From the IMG/VR virus record IMGVR_UViG_3300020471_000004, positions 168,693 to 232,692 of that record: a DNA stretch of 64,000 nucleotides. One strand, given 5' to 3'. Position 1 is the stretch's first letter, and the number at the start of each line of letters is the position of its first letter. A program made the position numbers and the translations under genes. Positions 49,993 to 59,419 of the stretch are shown here, piece after piece. Below the pieces are notes generated by a model. It made no database searches. It was given only the letters and a program-made list of their open reading frames with translations, and had not been told where the DNA came from.

Positions 49993-50126
49993 TGAAAAGT
50001 CCCAAAGTAATTATAGCTATCTTTATATTGATTCTTGTATTACTTTGGGAATTTTTAACAATAAAAATTCGAATGTTTAAGGAACGTAAAAATGAAAACC
50101 GTAACAGGACTAAACAGACTAATTGA
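49992..50126 (+). CDS. small single-TM protein (not in ORF track)
   Basis: AAGGA SD, MKSPKVIIAIFILILVLLWEFLTIK..., 44 aa. Confidence 0.4.
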   Translation: MKSPKVIIAIFILILVLLWEFLTIKIRMFKERKNENRNRTKQTN

Positions 50127-50916
50127 GTACAGAGAACTTGCCGTAAGTCAGATGGTACAAGCGTTTGCGATGGCTGCTCTGAGTCCTGCTAGACGCCGAA
50201 AGACAGGCGCGGTTATTATAAAACAGATTGAAGGCAAGGAATGGGTACCTCTTAGTCAAGGTTACAACGGAACTCGAACAGGTGACTCTAACCTGTGTGA
50301 AGATATTTACGGTAAGACTTTACCTAATGTAATTCATGCAGAGAAAAACACTTTTATCAAAATGATTACACAAGGCATTGCTACACAAGGCAGTACCTTA
50401 GTAGTTACCTTTATTCCTTGTGCAAACTGCGTACAAGACATAATAGATGCTCGCGTAGCAGAGGTAATATATTGCCAAACAAGCGAAAGAAAGGCAGGAG
50501 GTCTAAAAGAGCTATCTAAAGCTGGAGTTCTTGTAAGTAGAATATCTGAAAAAGAAGTTAGTGAGTTTACTGCAAGCATAAACAAAGGTCTAGAACAAGA
50601 CAAGTTTATGGCAGAAGTCACTGATTCTAATCCTATAAAAGATTGGTTAGACCGTAACCCTGGTATAGAACCTATGGACGTAGTACGCAGGTTCATGGAC
50701 AACATTGCTCCTAGGGAAAGTTTCCAAACGCTCCAGGTCTTTTCTATATTGCCTATCTTAGGTGCACACAAAGACCCTGATGGTACTTTGAGCCTAAAAG
50801 GTTTCGAGGACTGGGTGAACCTGACGTTTATTGAGTATAACAAGTACCTACACTATTCAAAGCATTCTAGCATAAGCCCTGAAAACTTTATAAAGCTTTT
50901 TGAGGAAAAGAAATGA
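50092..50916 (+). CDS. dCMP deaminase with C-terminal extension
   Basis: GAVI, GYNG, HAE, PCANC zinc motifs. Confidence 0.88.
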   Translation: MKTVTGLNRLIEYRELAVSQMVQAFAMAALSPARRRKTGAVIIKQIEGKEWVPLSQGYNGTRTGDSNLCEDIYGKTLPNVIHAEKNTFIKMITQGIATQGSTLVVTFIPCANCVQDIIDARVAEVIYCQTSERKAGGLKELSKAGVLVSRISEKEVSEFTASINKGLEQDKFMAEVTDSNPIKDWLDRNPGIEPMDVVRRFMDNIAPRESFQTLQVFSILPILGAHKDPDGTLSLKGFEDWVNLTFIEYNKYLHYSKHSSISPENFIKLFEEKK

Positions 50917-51245
50917 CAACTATAAATCTCAAAACCAAGTTTAACCCTGATCTGATAGTGCAAGAGCTAGAGCAGGACACACCTGACTTAGTGCAGCAGA
51001 AAGTTTATGATATTATCAATCTCAAAGAGCAAGGTGTAAGAGACGCATTGCGCAAGCTAGGTTATAGAGAGCCTGATTCTCAAGACAACACAGTAAACCC
51101 TGTAGTTATTGACCATGCCTTGTCTACAATATTGACCGAAAGTCTAAGTCGAGTAGGAGTATCTGCAAACAAAATGCAAATAGACTATGCCTTAAATGCT
51201 CTAGTAGGTTACTTGGCTTCTACACATTGCGTGGTAATAAAATGA
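50913..51245 (+). CDS. hypothetical protein
   Basis: ATGA overlaps on both sides. Confidence 0.55.
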   Translation: MTTINLKTKFNPDLIVQELEQDTPDLVQQKVYDIINLKEQGVRDALRKLGYREPDSQDNTVNPVVIDHALSTILTESLSRVGVSANKMQIDYALNALVGYLASTHCVVIK

Positions 51246-51499
51246 ATAGCATTGAACAAGTGGAAGCCTGTGCCCGAAAGCTACTTTCACAAATGTATAA
51301 TTGCCGAGAGTCTAGTTTAACAGACGGTACAGCTATCGAATCAGAATTCGGAATGGACAGCCTGAGCTTTTTTGAGCTGTTGGTGCAGATGGAAGACTGC
51401 CTTGATATAGAGATAGACGAAAACCGTCTACCCTCTGATTTTATCAGTAAGACTTTTAGAGAACAGATTAATGGAATTGCAAGCAGCATCAGAGTATGA
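51242..51499 (+). CDS. acyl/peptidyl carrier protein with intact Ser
   Basis: FGMDSLSFFELLVQMEDCLDIEI; start taken at the ATGA overlap (51242). Confidence 0.75.
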   Translation: MNSIEQVEACARKLLSQMYNCRESSLTDGTAIESEFGMDSLSFFELLVQMEDCLDIEIDENRLPSDFISKTFREQINGIASSIRV

Positions 51500-51755
51500 C
51501 ACTCGTATCTCTGTATTTTTAGCCCTAAGGACCTTTAGACAGTACCAAGGTATCGAAAAAGGCGAGTACTTTATCACTATAGGTAACCACACCCGTAGAG
51601 TAGAACACGTTTATGACCTAGACCGCTCTAAGTTTTTATTAGACACTACTATGGATGTTGATGTTACTCGCGTACAAAAAGTGTATGTCAAAAGCGTTGT
51701 GGTAACAGTCAAAGATACTCCACTAGGGCCTCTAACTACTGCCAAATCAAAATAA
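51471..51755 (+). CDS. hypothetical protein
   Basis: 94-aa ORF. Confidence 0.45.
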   Translation: MELQAASEYDTRISVFLALRTFRQYQGIEKGEYFITIGNHTRRVEHVYDLDRSKFLLDTTMDVDVTRVQKVYVKSVVVTVKDTPLGPLTTAKSK

Positions 51756-51799
51756 TACTTCTGACCTGAACAAAAACACACCTATTATAAGGAAGATCT

Positions 51800-52207
51800 A
51801 TGCCTCCTCTTAAACCGTATTTGGTAAACGCTACCTGGAGAAACATCACAGACTGCGGTCACACTCCTCATATCCATATACACATTGATGAAAGGTGCAT
51901 CGTGCCTACTGAATTCGCTAAACAAGTTGAGCATCCAGACGGCGCCTTTCTAGGAATTACACTAAGTATTTCTCTTACAGCCGCTCCTGATTTGATAATG
52001 AATGACCAAGAAACTGATTTACATTTTAGTAGCAGATTCGGCGGCAAGCATGTAAGATGCTTGGTTCCTTACGACTGTATAGTTGCTATTTACGCAAAAG
52101 AAGACCTAGAACTAGGGCTTGCTTTTGAGTACCAACCGCCGAAAGAACCTGTAGAACAAGAGGCTCCTGTTAGAACCGAAAAACCTGTACTTCAAGTAGT
52201 CAAGTAG
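51800..52207 (+). CDS. sspB: ClpXP adaptor SspB
   Basis: KPYL..A....I.D...TPH, FSSRFGG, VP...IVAIYAKE, C-terminal ClpX-binding tail PVLQVVK. Confidence 0.88.
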   Translation: MPPLKPYLVNATWRNITDCGHTPHIHIHIDERCIVPTEFAKQVEHPDGAFLGITLSISLTAAPDLIMNDQETDLHFSSRFGGKHVRCLVPYDCIVAIYAKEDLELGLAFEYQPPKEPVEQEAPVRTEKPVLQVVK

Positions 52208-52228
52208 ACAACAAAAGGAAAAGCAAGA

Positions 52229-53638
52229 ATGCAATATAAAGTGCCGCGCGTAGTATGTGATGACTTTACAAATGTAGAGTTAAAAAATTCAGACAGAGCT
52301 TACTCAGGCTTTGTTATAAGTTTCTTCAATGTAGGTGAGGACCTGCCGTTTAGTAAAAATCAGACCTTAGCTGGCTTGCGTGTAGAAATGCGAAACGGTG
52401 AAATCTATAGCAACACAAGCCAACCTGTTCGGGTAATGTCTGTAGAAAAAAGCTCTAACACCAATTCTTATCTAGCCGAGTTTGCGTATATTGCCGAACC
52501 GTCTACGAACAGTGCTGATACCCAATATCTGTATTGGGCTAACAAGATACTTGAAGAAGGTGCGCATTCAGGTAACCGTACTGATACAGATACAATCAAG
52601 CTGTTTGGTGATGCACAAATGAAATTTGACCTTCGCGAAGGTCTCCCTGTTCTTACAACAAAGCAAGTTAACATAAGTGCTTTAAAGAAAGAGCTTTGCT
52701 GGTTCATGCGTGGTGAAACCAACATAAAGACTTTAGGTAGCGCAATATGGAACGCATGGTCAACTGAATCTGGTGAACTAGGTCCAGTATACGGCGAACA
52801 GTGGAGAGGCTGGTTATCGTGGCACGAAGTTCACGAGTCTCAATCTGAAAAAATAAAATTCTTAGAAGAACGAGGGTATACCAAAGGTTATCAAGTCGGT
52901 TGTTTTCTTCTATACCACAAGCGTATCGACCAAATTGCAAATCTAGTAAACGAACTAAAGACAAACCCTAATACCCGCCGTATGATCGTTACTGCCTGGA
53001 ATCCTGGTGTAGACCCAGATACCAAGCTTTCGCCTAACAAAAATGCTGAACTAGGTATGCAAGCTCTTCCTCCTTGTCACACTATTTGGCAAGTGGGCTG
53101 TACTCAGATTCCTACCCAAACAGAACGCGAAGCAGAGTGGTTACGATTACAAGCTATAAAGACCATGCATGAAATGGACGTAAGCTTTGACGAAGGCTAT
53201 GTGTTAAGTCATAACCTCTGGGCACTTCATGTTTCTGATACTGCGAAAGCAATGGACGAAACCTCAGAAGAAGTAGTCTTAAAATCTGCTCTAGACCAAG
53301 TAAATGCTCCTGAGTATTACTTAGACCTTAAGCTTTACCAACGTAGTGCTGATTGGTTCCTTGGTGTGCCCTTTAATATAGCCAGCTACGCTATGCTTGC
53401 AGAAATACTGGCAGCACACACAGGACATGTTGCGCGTAACTTCTACCACACGTTCGGCGATTTCCACATTTACGAAAACCATGTAGCGCAGATCAAGATG
53501 CAGATGCAACAAGAACACAGAGCACTGCCCCGCTGTTACATTAAACCTAAGCAAGATATAGCTTACTACACCCATGAAGATATTCATGTATTAGGTTATC
53601 AAGGCGGTATCAAGCTTACAGGTGCAGTAGCAGTATAG
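52229..53638 (+). CDS. thyA: thymidylate synthase
   Basis: LTTK, ELCWF, LGPVYG.QWR, RRMIVTAWNP, LPPCH, YQRSADWFLGVPFNIASY, GDFHIY. Confidence 0.95.
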   Translation: MQYKVPRVVCDDFTNVELKNSDRAYSGFVISFFNVGEDLPFSKNQTLAGLRVEMRNGEIYSNTSQPVRVMSVEKSSNTNSYLAEFAYIAEPSTNSADTQYLYWANKILEEGAHSGNRTDTDTIKLFGDAQMKFDLREGLPVLTTKQVNISALKKELCWFMRGETNIKTLGSAIWNAWSTESGELGPVYGEQWRGWLSWHEVHESQSEKIKFLEERGYTKGYQVGCFLLYHKRIDQIANLVNELKTNPNTRRMIVTAWNPGVDPDTKLSPNKNAELGMQALPPCHTIWQVGCTQIPTQTEREAEWLRLQAIKTMHEMDVSFDEGYVLSHNLWALHVSDTAKAMDETSEEVVLKSALDQVNAPEYYLDLKLYQRSADWFLGVPFNIASYAMLAEILAAHTGHVARNFYHTFGDFHIYENHVAQIKMQMQQEHRALPRCYIKPKQDIAYYTHEDIHVLGYQGGIKLTGAVAV

Positions 53639-53643
53639 AACTT

Positions 53644-53668
53644 AGCGGGCTTGTCCCGCTTATTTTTT
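53644..53668 (+). terminator. Rho-independent terminator
   Basis: AGCGGG-CTTGT-CCCGCT-TATTTTTT. Confidence 0.75.
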
Positions 53669-53678
53669 AGGAAGCACA

Positions 53679-54740
53679 ATGAATATAAAAAGTAGATCAG
53701 AGGCAATACCTCCAACATATACCCAAAGATACAGCTCTACACTAGGTTACATTGACCTACAAGAACCTACGAATACAGGCAAGTACGTTATAATGTACCA
53801 TGCCGGTTGCAATGACGGACTAGTTGGTGCAGGTATAGTGTACAAATACCTCACCTCAAACAAACGAATAGACTTAGACTATGTTAAATGCATACCTGTG
53901 TCTTACGGCAAACCAATACCTGAAATAGATGCAGAAACAGTATTGGTTTATATAGTAGACTTTGCTTATGGCCCGCAAGAGCTTTTTGAATACGCAAAAG
54001 CCAGGCCCGACACAGACTTTCTTACAATAGACCACCATGCAAGTGCCTCAGAAAAGTGGGACGGTGTTACAAACACTCCGAACAATGTGTGTACCTACAT
54101 CGATTCTAGCGGAGAATTTAGCGGTGCAGGCTTAGCGTGGGATATTCTTTATCCTGAAAAAGAAGCACCTGACTTGGTCAAAGACGTACAAGACCGAGAT
54201 TTGTGGAAGTTCAAAAGGTCAAACAGTAAAGAAGTACACCAGTATTTGCTAATGTTAACCAAAGACGACCAGTACATTCCTGAATACGTAGCTAACAAGT
54301 TTCTCAGTCCTAGACTAGAACACAGAGCGTATACTCATGCAGTCTCTCAGGGTATTCCTCTAAAGGCACAGTTCGATACCTTTATTAAAATGTCTGCCCA
54401 AAACGCTTTTGTAAGAGTTCTTACTTTGAGAAATAAAGAGTATTTGGTGGTTATGGTAAACTGCTCTATATACTCTTTTATAAGTGATACTTGTGATTAC
54501 ATTTTGGAAAACGCTGATGAATTTGGCATAAACGAAAATGACACTACTGTTATTGCTTTTAATCAATCTGACTTCGACAAAGTGAATCTTAGTTTTAGAA
54601 GCAAAAACAAAACAGCCAAAGTATTAGCAGAGCATTTTGGAGGTGGAGGTCATCCTAATGCCGCAGGTGCTAAAATAAAATATTTTGAATGGCAAATGGT
54701 AGGAAACTTATTAGACAAAGTACCTAATAAGGAGTCTTGA
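53679..54740 (+). CDS. DHH/DHHA1 phosphoesterase
   Basis: YH..CNDG, VDF, IDHH, DRDLW, GGGGHPNAAG. Confidence 0.88.
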   Translation: MNIKSRSEAIPPTYTQRYSSTLGYIDLQEPTNTGKYVIMYHAGCNDGLVGAGIVYKYLTSNKRIDLDYVKCIPVSYGKPIPEIDAETVLVYIVDFAYGPQELFEYAKARPDTDFLTIDHHASASEKWDGVTNTPNNVCTYIDSSGEFSGAGLAWDILYPEKEAPDLVKDVQDRDLWKFKRSNSKEVHQYLLMLTKDDQYIPEYVANKFLSPRLEHRAYTHAVSQGIPLKAQFDTFIKMSAQNAFVRVLTLRNKEYLVVMVNCSIYSFISDTCDYILENADEFGINENDTTVIAFNQSDFDKVNLSFRSKNKTAKVLAEHFGGGGHPNAAGAKIKYFEWQMVGNLLDKVPNKES

Positions 54741-54744
54741 CATA

Positions 54745-54912
54745 TTGTTTAAAAGTTTAGCAGGGGCATGGTTAATAATTTACTTTATTATTTGTCCCTT
54801 AGCGTCATTATTAGTTATAGCAGGAATTGCCCCAAGCTATTCATTATTAATTTCGTTAGGAGTAGTAATACTAACTATTATCAGAATAGACAAATCACTA
54901 AGCAAGGGCTAG
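54745..54912 (+). CDS. small 2-TM membrane protein (not in ORF track)
   Basis: TTG start 10 nt after TAAGGAG; FKSLAGAWLIIYFIICPLASLLVIAGIAPSYSLLISLGVVILTIIRIDKSLSKG. Confidence 0.5.
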   Translation: MFKSLAGAWLIIYFIICPLASLLVIAGIAPSYSLLISLGVVILTIIRIDKSLSKG

Positions 54913-54928
54913 CGTACTGTTAGCCCTT
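54904..54928 (+). promoter_or_regulatory. hairpin abutting the SD of the next gene
   Basis: AAGGGCTAGC/GTTAGCCCTT stem immediately before AAGGAG. Confidence 0.4.
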
Positions 54929-54941
54929 AAGGAGAATCCGG

Positions 54942-55376
54942 ATGTTAGATCTAACGGTAGAGGAAATTACCGCAAATGCTTATCAATTATTCGGACCTGA
55001 CGTAGATCCCTCTATAGTAGAGAGATATGTTCAGTCTGTCCAATCCCTAGACTTTGAAAACAAAGTTCCTTCTATTCTAAGACTTAACTCTTACGCAAAC
55101 GCCAAACAGGTGTATCAATATGCGCGACTTGATTACAATACTAAAGTAAGAGAGTTGCAAAAGATGAGCGGGGAAATACTTCATGCAGAACCAGACAAGC
55201 CTTATAGTTCCCAGTCTCAACTTCTTGACCACATAAAAAATCTTTTAAATCAAATCAAAATCGTAAACAGCAAACTTGAAACCGCTCATAGGCTTGTAGT
55301 GCCAGGACAAGACCCAAAGGTCGACCAGATAAACTCAGAGCTTGAAGAAATTTACCCTATTGTTCCCAGCGTATAG
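54942..55376 (+). CDS. hypothetical helical protein
   Basis: AAGGAG SD. Confidence 0.6.
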   Translation: MLDLTVEEITANAYQLFGPDVDPSIVERYVQSVQSLDFENKVPSILRLNSYANAKQVYQYARLDYNTKVRELQKMSGEILHAEPDKPYSSQSQLLDHIKNLLNQIKIVNSKLETAHRLVVPGQDPKVDQINSELEEIYPIVPSV

Positions 55377-55419
55377 CTATAAATCTGACAATACTAATTT
55401 ACATTTGTAATACGTTAAG

Positions 55420-55700
55420 TACTACACCGGCTGTAAACCGATTAGGAATGTCTCGGTTTGTAAGACATTATCCAGGTCAGTATTAACACATGTGCTAGGA
55501 GAGGAATAATTCAGGAGAGGGCCTGACCGCGAGATAGCATAACTTTACTGGGCAGGGATCGAACAAGAAGACATTACAAGGAACGTGAGTCTAAAGCGTA
55601 TAGATAATGCTTGCTACGTATTTAATACACAGACGCTCATCTGTCGGACGCTATACGTTTTCCAATATTGTGTTTATTGGTCTTGTTTTAACCTGCACTC
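55420..55700 (+). ncRNA. candidate structured non-coding RNA
   Basis: largest ORF-free gap in the window; multiple interlocking helices, with G-U pairs favouring the + strand. Confidence 0.55.
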
Positions 55701-55731
55701 TTTTCTTTGAGGGAAGATAGAATGGATATAC

Positions 55732-56498
55732 TTAATAGCTCTAATATGTTTAGTGAGATGCCTTCTTCACCGATCAAAGGTTTCACTTCTGAGTTGACCA
55801 ATTTCTTGGCATACACAGGAGAGAGAGGCTTCCATAGACTAGAGCTAGACAAAATAGAAATTATCTCTAACGGAATGCTTACAGGCATAATAGGGACAAG
55901 TGCTGTAGTACAAGGCACTCGTCAACTAGCTGTAGTAAGTATTGCGATAGATTTCGCACGTTTATTTCAATTGATATTCGACAAAGATCTTGTTAAAGGA
56001 ACTGCCGAAGATCCTTGCGTTATCACATTGGCTTGGTTCAAACATCACCGTGACTCCTACCTACAAAGCTTCCGAAGTCCTATCTGTTGGAACTTATCTT
56101 TATACCGAGGTGCTAGTTTAGCTAGAACAGGTACTCATGTAAACAATGCACTTAACAAAGGCATTGACCCTTCTCCTAATATCGATGACGTATTCAATCG
56201 TTACCGCAAAGGTATCGATAATCTCGGTAAAAACTGCAAAGACTACAGTGAAAAAGAATACTGTAAACTTCATAGTATGTTAGCAATGTTGTTAGAGTGC
56301 ACCAGCTTAGACTATTCTAAAATTGGTATGCACATAAACAATCTTCAATTCCTCTCTACGTTGAAAAATCAGTTATGCCAAGTCAAAGAAGGTCACGCAC
56401 CTATTCATCAGTTTGACCCCGGTCGGATTCTAAAGGTATTTAAAAAATCTTTTGATGAAAAATCATTTGAATATATTGTAGATAGTTTAAAGTTGTAA
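55732..56498 (+). CDS. hypothetical protein
   Basis: about 255-aa ORF downstream of the candidate RNA; ATG near 55722-55732 after GAGGGA (track start 55707 is TTG); exact start uncertain. Confidence 0.5.
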
Positions 56499-56510
56499 AA
56501 TCGGAGATAT

Positions 56511-56792
56511 ATGGGTTGGGAAAAAGACAAAAACCAACCTGGCTTTCTTGTTAACTCGGGCTTTTCTAATAGCAACCCGATTGACCTAAGTAAGATAACA
56601 CCAGGTAAAACAAAAGTAGGCTTACATCCGCCTAAAGGATGTTGTGGTAATACTCTTTGTATGGCAGAATATACAGTGATGGGAGTAGGAAGGTATGCAG
56701 ATAAACAAGGTGCTAAAACTATCTTGTTTAGACTGGAAGGCGGATTGTTTATAGAACACACGCAAATCAATTATATACTGACTCCTGAATAA
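56511..56792 (+). CDS. hypothetical protein
   Basis: GGAG SD, ends at terminator. Confidence 0.55.
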   Translation: MGWEKDKNQPGFLVNSGFSNSNPIDLSKITPGKTKVGLHPPKGCCGNTLCMAEYTVMGVGRYADKQGAKTILFRLEGGLFIEHTQINYILTPE

Positions 56793-56834
56793 AAATAAAG
56801 CCGGTCGCATCGTAAAAGATGGCCGGCTTTTTTT
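56791..56834. terminator. bidirectional terminator between convergent blocks
   Basis: AAAGCCGGTC...GGCCGGCTTTTTTT with an upstream A-tract. Confidence 0.8.
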
Positions 56835-56842
56835 GTGGTTCT

Positions 56843-59254
56843 TTAAAAGATTTGTACGTCACCGTCTAAGCTATATAAGTTAGTAGCTCTTTGGCTTCCT
56901 GCTCCGCGTCTTCCTCGAACAAGTCTATAAAGAATCTCACCGTTCTCGACATCTATGCCTGTTACTTCAACAGGAACAAATGCACGACCTTGCTTTATAG
57001 TATAAATAGGAGTCTGAATAAGTAACGTATTTCGTTTAGAGTATTCACGACTTAGCCTGTTTAGTTGGTTACGCTTTTGAGTAACCAGTGCAGCCTTACC
57101 TGTACTCCTTTCCAGTTCACGTAGTTCTTCAATAAGGCTAGATACCTTTGAAGTTATCGCAGACTTAACTTCAATGTTTTGGCTTATCTTTTTCAAAGCA
57201 TGGCAACGCGCTGTCTTTTCCTTAGGATAAGGTTTCATACGTGTTGCAATAGTAACGCTAATTCTAGGAGCAGAGGTTTCTGCCATGAGATCCATCTTAG
57301 CACCTAAAGCGTTACCGTAAAGCCTTTCCAGTCTACGTGTAAAGTTCTCAGCCTCTTCTATGAACTTCTTGTTCACTGTATCAGTAACCAGAACAAACGC
57401 TGCTTTGCCTGATTTAGTTTTACCAATACGTTGGTCTAACTTGGCAGTTTCTTTGGTGAATATACCTGTTAATGCTTTGTCTACCACAATTGCTTTGCGA
57501 AGCTCTTTCATTATAGAGGTTTCATTGCCAGGGTATACAAAAGCACTAGGTTCCCAATCGTCTTTGTATGCAGGAACTTCCACCGTTTCATCGTATAAAG
57601 TAACACCTTTAGGTAAGTACCCGTCTTTTACTTTACGACCTTCTTTACGTACTGCTGTAACTACAGGTCCTACCAGATAGCCTAGATTGTTCTTGTTAGA
57701 TTTCTCTAAGAAAGAAGCCTTATCACTTGAGTACTTAACAATAGTAGCAGAGCTTGCTAGGTTTGCAAATCTAGGCATAAAACGGTCTAGACGTTGACGT
57801 AGATCTTTTTCAGTAGTGTCCCACATAAACGCATATTTAGGATCGTTTGCATCGTGTCTAAAGAAAGCTACGAATACTGGATCTTTTGTGCGCTTAGTAG
57901 ATGTTTTAGGCTTAACTTCAACAGTTTCGGTGCGCATCTGAGTCAGGCTTTTAACTCCGCGTCTAACTACTTGGTCAATAGCACCATTACCCTTCAGAAG
58001 CTTAACACCTGCTCTGCGTCCTGCAAAACCTTTACTGTTCTTGATCAAAAGCTGTGCTTCTCTTTCTGAAAGAACAAACTCTTCACCATCGTGGTCTTCT
58101 ACCAAGTGTACGCCGTCTTTGTCTAGACGGATACCGAATATTTCACCTGTAGAAATAGTAGTTTCGAATTCAGGATGGTGGTCACGGTAACGTCTGTTGG
58201 TCTTGCCTACATACTTGTACCATGCATATTTGGTATAAACCAATTTCTTGGCGCTTTCTGACAGTAGACCTGTGGTGTGTTTTTGAGGAAATATTTCGCT
58301 GCTGCTTACACTCTCTGCAAAATGGATAGCGGCTTGGCGGGCCTCAGTTTGGTCAGAGATAGTGTATACACCTTGACCTTTAGGAACTTCTTCTACAAAG
58401 TTAAGTTCAGGGCGGTAGTGTCCTGTTTGGTCATGCTGAGGAGAAGTAATAATAAGCTTAAAGCCTTTATCATTCTCTGAGTCTAGGCGAACTTTGTATT
58501 CACGGTCTTCACTGCTATAAAAATTTCGCGCTTGGTCGATAGCTTCTTGTGCGTTAGATGGTCTAAAACCGCAATCGCCTTGTTTTACAGACTGACCTGG
58601 TTTGAAGCCGAACATTGCACGATGCGACCACCCGTACCATTTATTGTCCTTAGAAGAAAAACCTATGCTACAAACACGGCTATTTTCTGAAATAGGCATA
58701 GGTAGTATACCCATATTCTCGCAGATATGTTTAGCATCTTCTGGTGTACCGATATAAACACCTTCAGGGTTATACGCACTGCTCATTGTAAAAGGTTTAC
58801 CTAGTTGCAGGTTTTCGCCTACTTCAACGTATTCTTCTACAGTAGTGTAGTAGCCTTGCTTTAAAGTTGATGTATCTTGTGCTACCGTACGCTTGTACAT
58901 ATTAGGATATTCGGTAGATTCATACCCTTCCAGTTGAGCGGCAAAATCATTTGCAAAATTTTGATGTAGATTCGTAGTTTCGTTAGGTCCTGTTTCATCG
59001 TCCCATTCACTTGTGATGTTGCGACTAGGTTCCCACTGCCAGTTACCTCCAGGCTTACTAGGTATCTTTGTTTCGTTACCGATAGGCTGTAGGTTTTGAG
59101 GATCAAACATTTTATCTTCGCGCTCGATTGTAGATACTTCGCTGTGCGAAATAAATGCTTGCTGTGTTTGGAAATCGAAAAAGTATTGCTTGGTGTTCAT
59201 GCCTGACTCAGACAAAAACATTTCATTTTCAATTAAAGTAAATATATGGTGCAT
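56843..59254 (-). CDS. large multi-segment protein, probable internal head protein
   Basis: start likely MHHIFTL; LSES motifs; KWYGWSHRAMFGF segment; basic C-terminal half. Confidence 0.55.
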   Translation of the reverse strand: MHHIFTLIENEMFLSESGMNTKQYFFDFQTQQAFISHSEVSTIEREDKMFDPQNLQPIGNETKIPSKPGGNWQWEPSRNITSEWDDETGPNETTNLHQNFANDFAAQLEGYESTEYPNMYKRTVAQDTSTLKQGYYTTVEEYVEVGENLQLGKPFTMSSAYNPEGVYIGTPEDAKHICENMGILPMPISENSRVCSIGFSSKDNKWYGWSHRAMFGFKPGQSVKQGDCGFRPSNAQEAIDQARNFYSSEDREYKVRLDSENDKGFKLIITSPQHDQTGHYRPELNFVEEVPKGQGVYTISDQTEARQAAIHFAESVSSSEIFPQKHTTGLLSESAKKLVYTKYAWYKYVGKTNRRYRDHHPEFETTISTGEIFGIRLDKDGVHLVEDHDGEEFVLSEREAQLLIKNSKGFAGRRAGVKLLKGNGAIDQVVRRGVKSLTQMRTETVEVKPKTSTKRTKDPVFVAFFRHDANDPKYAFMWDTTEKDLRQRLDRFMPRFANLASSATIVKYSSDKASFLEKSNKNNLGYLVGPVVTAVRKEGRKVKDGYLPKGVTLYDETVEVPAYKDDWEPSAFVYPGNETSIMKELRKAIVVDKALTGIFTKETAKLDQRIGKTKSGKAAFVLVTDTVNKKFIEEAENFTRRLERLYGNALGAKMDLMAETSAPRISVTIATRMKPYPKEKTARCHALKKISQNIEVKSAITSKVSSLIEELRELERSTGKAALVTQKRNQLNRLSREYSKRNTLLIQTPIYTIKQGRAFVPVEVTGIDVENGEILYRLVRGRRGAGSQRATNLYSLDGDVQIF

Positions 59255-59419
59255 ACAAAGTCCATTAATCAGTTGGTACAGGCGGATTGCCTTAGTAGTC
59301 AGGCCCGAGTAGCTTGCAAGTAAACTTCTAAAGTATTGCAAGCTTTTAATATTTGTTCGGTGATTATTTCACCTTTTTACCGTAGAGTGCATTTTAACAT
59401 TACCGAATACGCGCACAAG

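Noticed and set aside
52229-53638. dCMP hydroxymethylase / DNA modification enzyme
   Set aside because: Retains the Asn of PFN that specifies dUMP; canonical ThyA.
55555-55564. GTTCGATCCC on the minus strand, like a tRNA T-loop
   Set aside because: No T-stem, acceptor stem or cloverleaf around it; G-U pairs favour the + strand structure.
55420-55700. Identification as tmRNA, SRP RNA, RNase P or group I intron
   Set aside because: No tRNA-like GGGG/CCA ends. CCAGGTCAG matches 4.5S RNA but the GGAA domain IV hairpin is absent. No GAGGAAAGUCC or group I core motifs.
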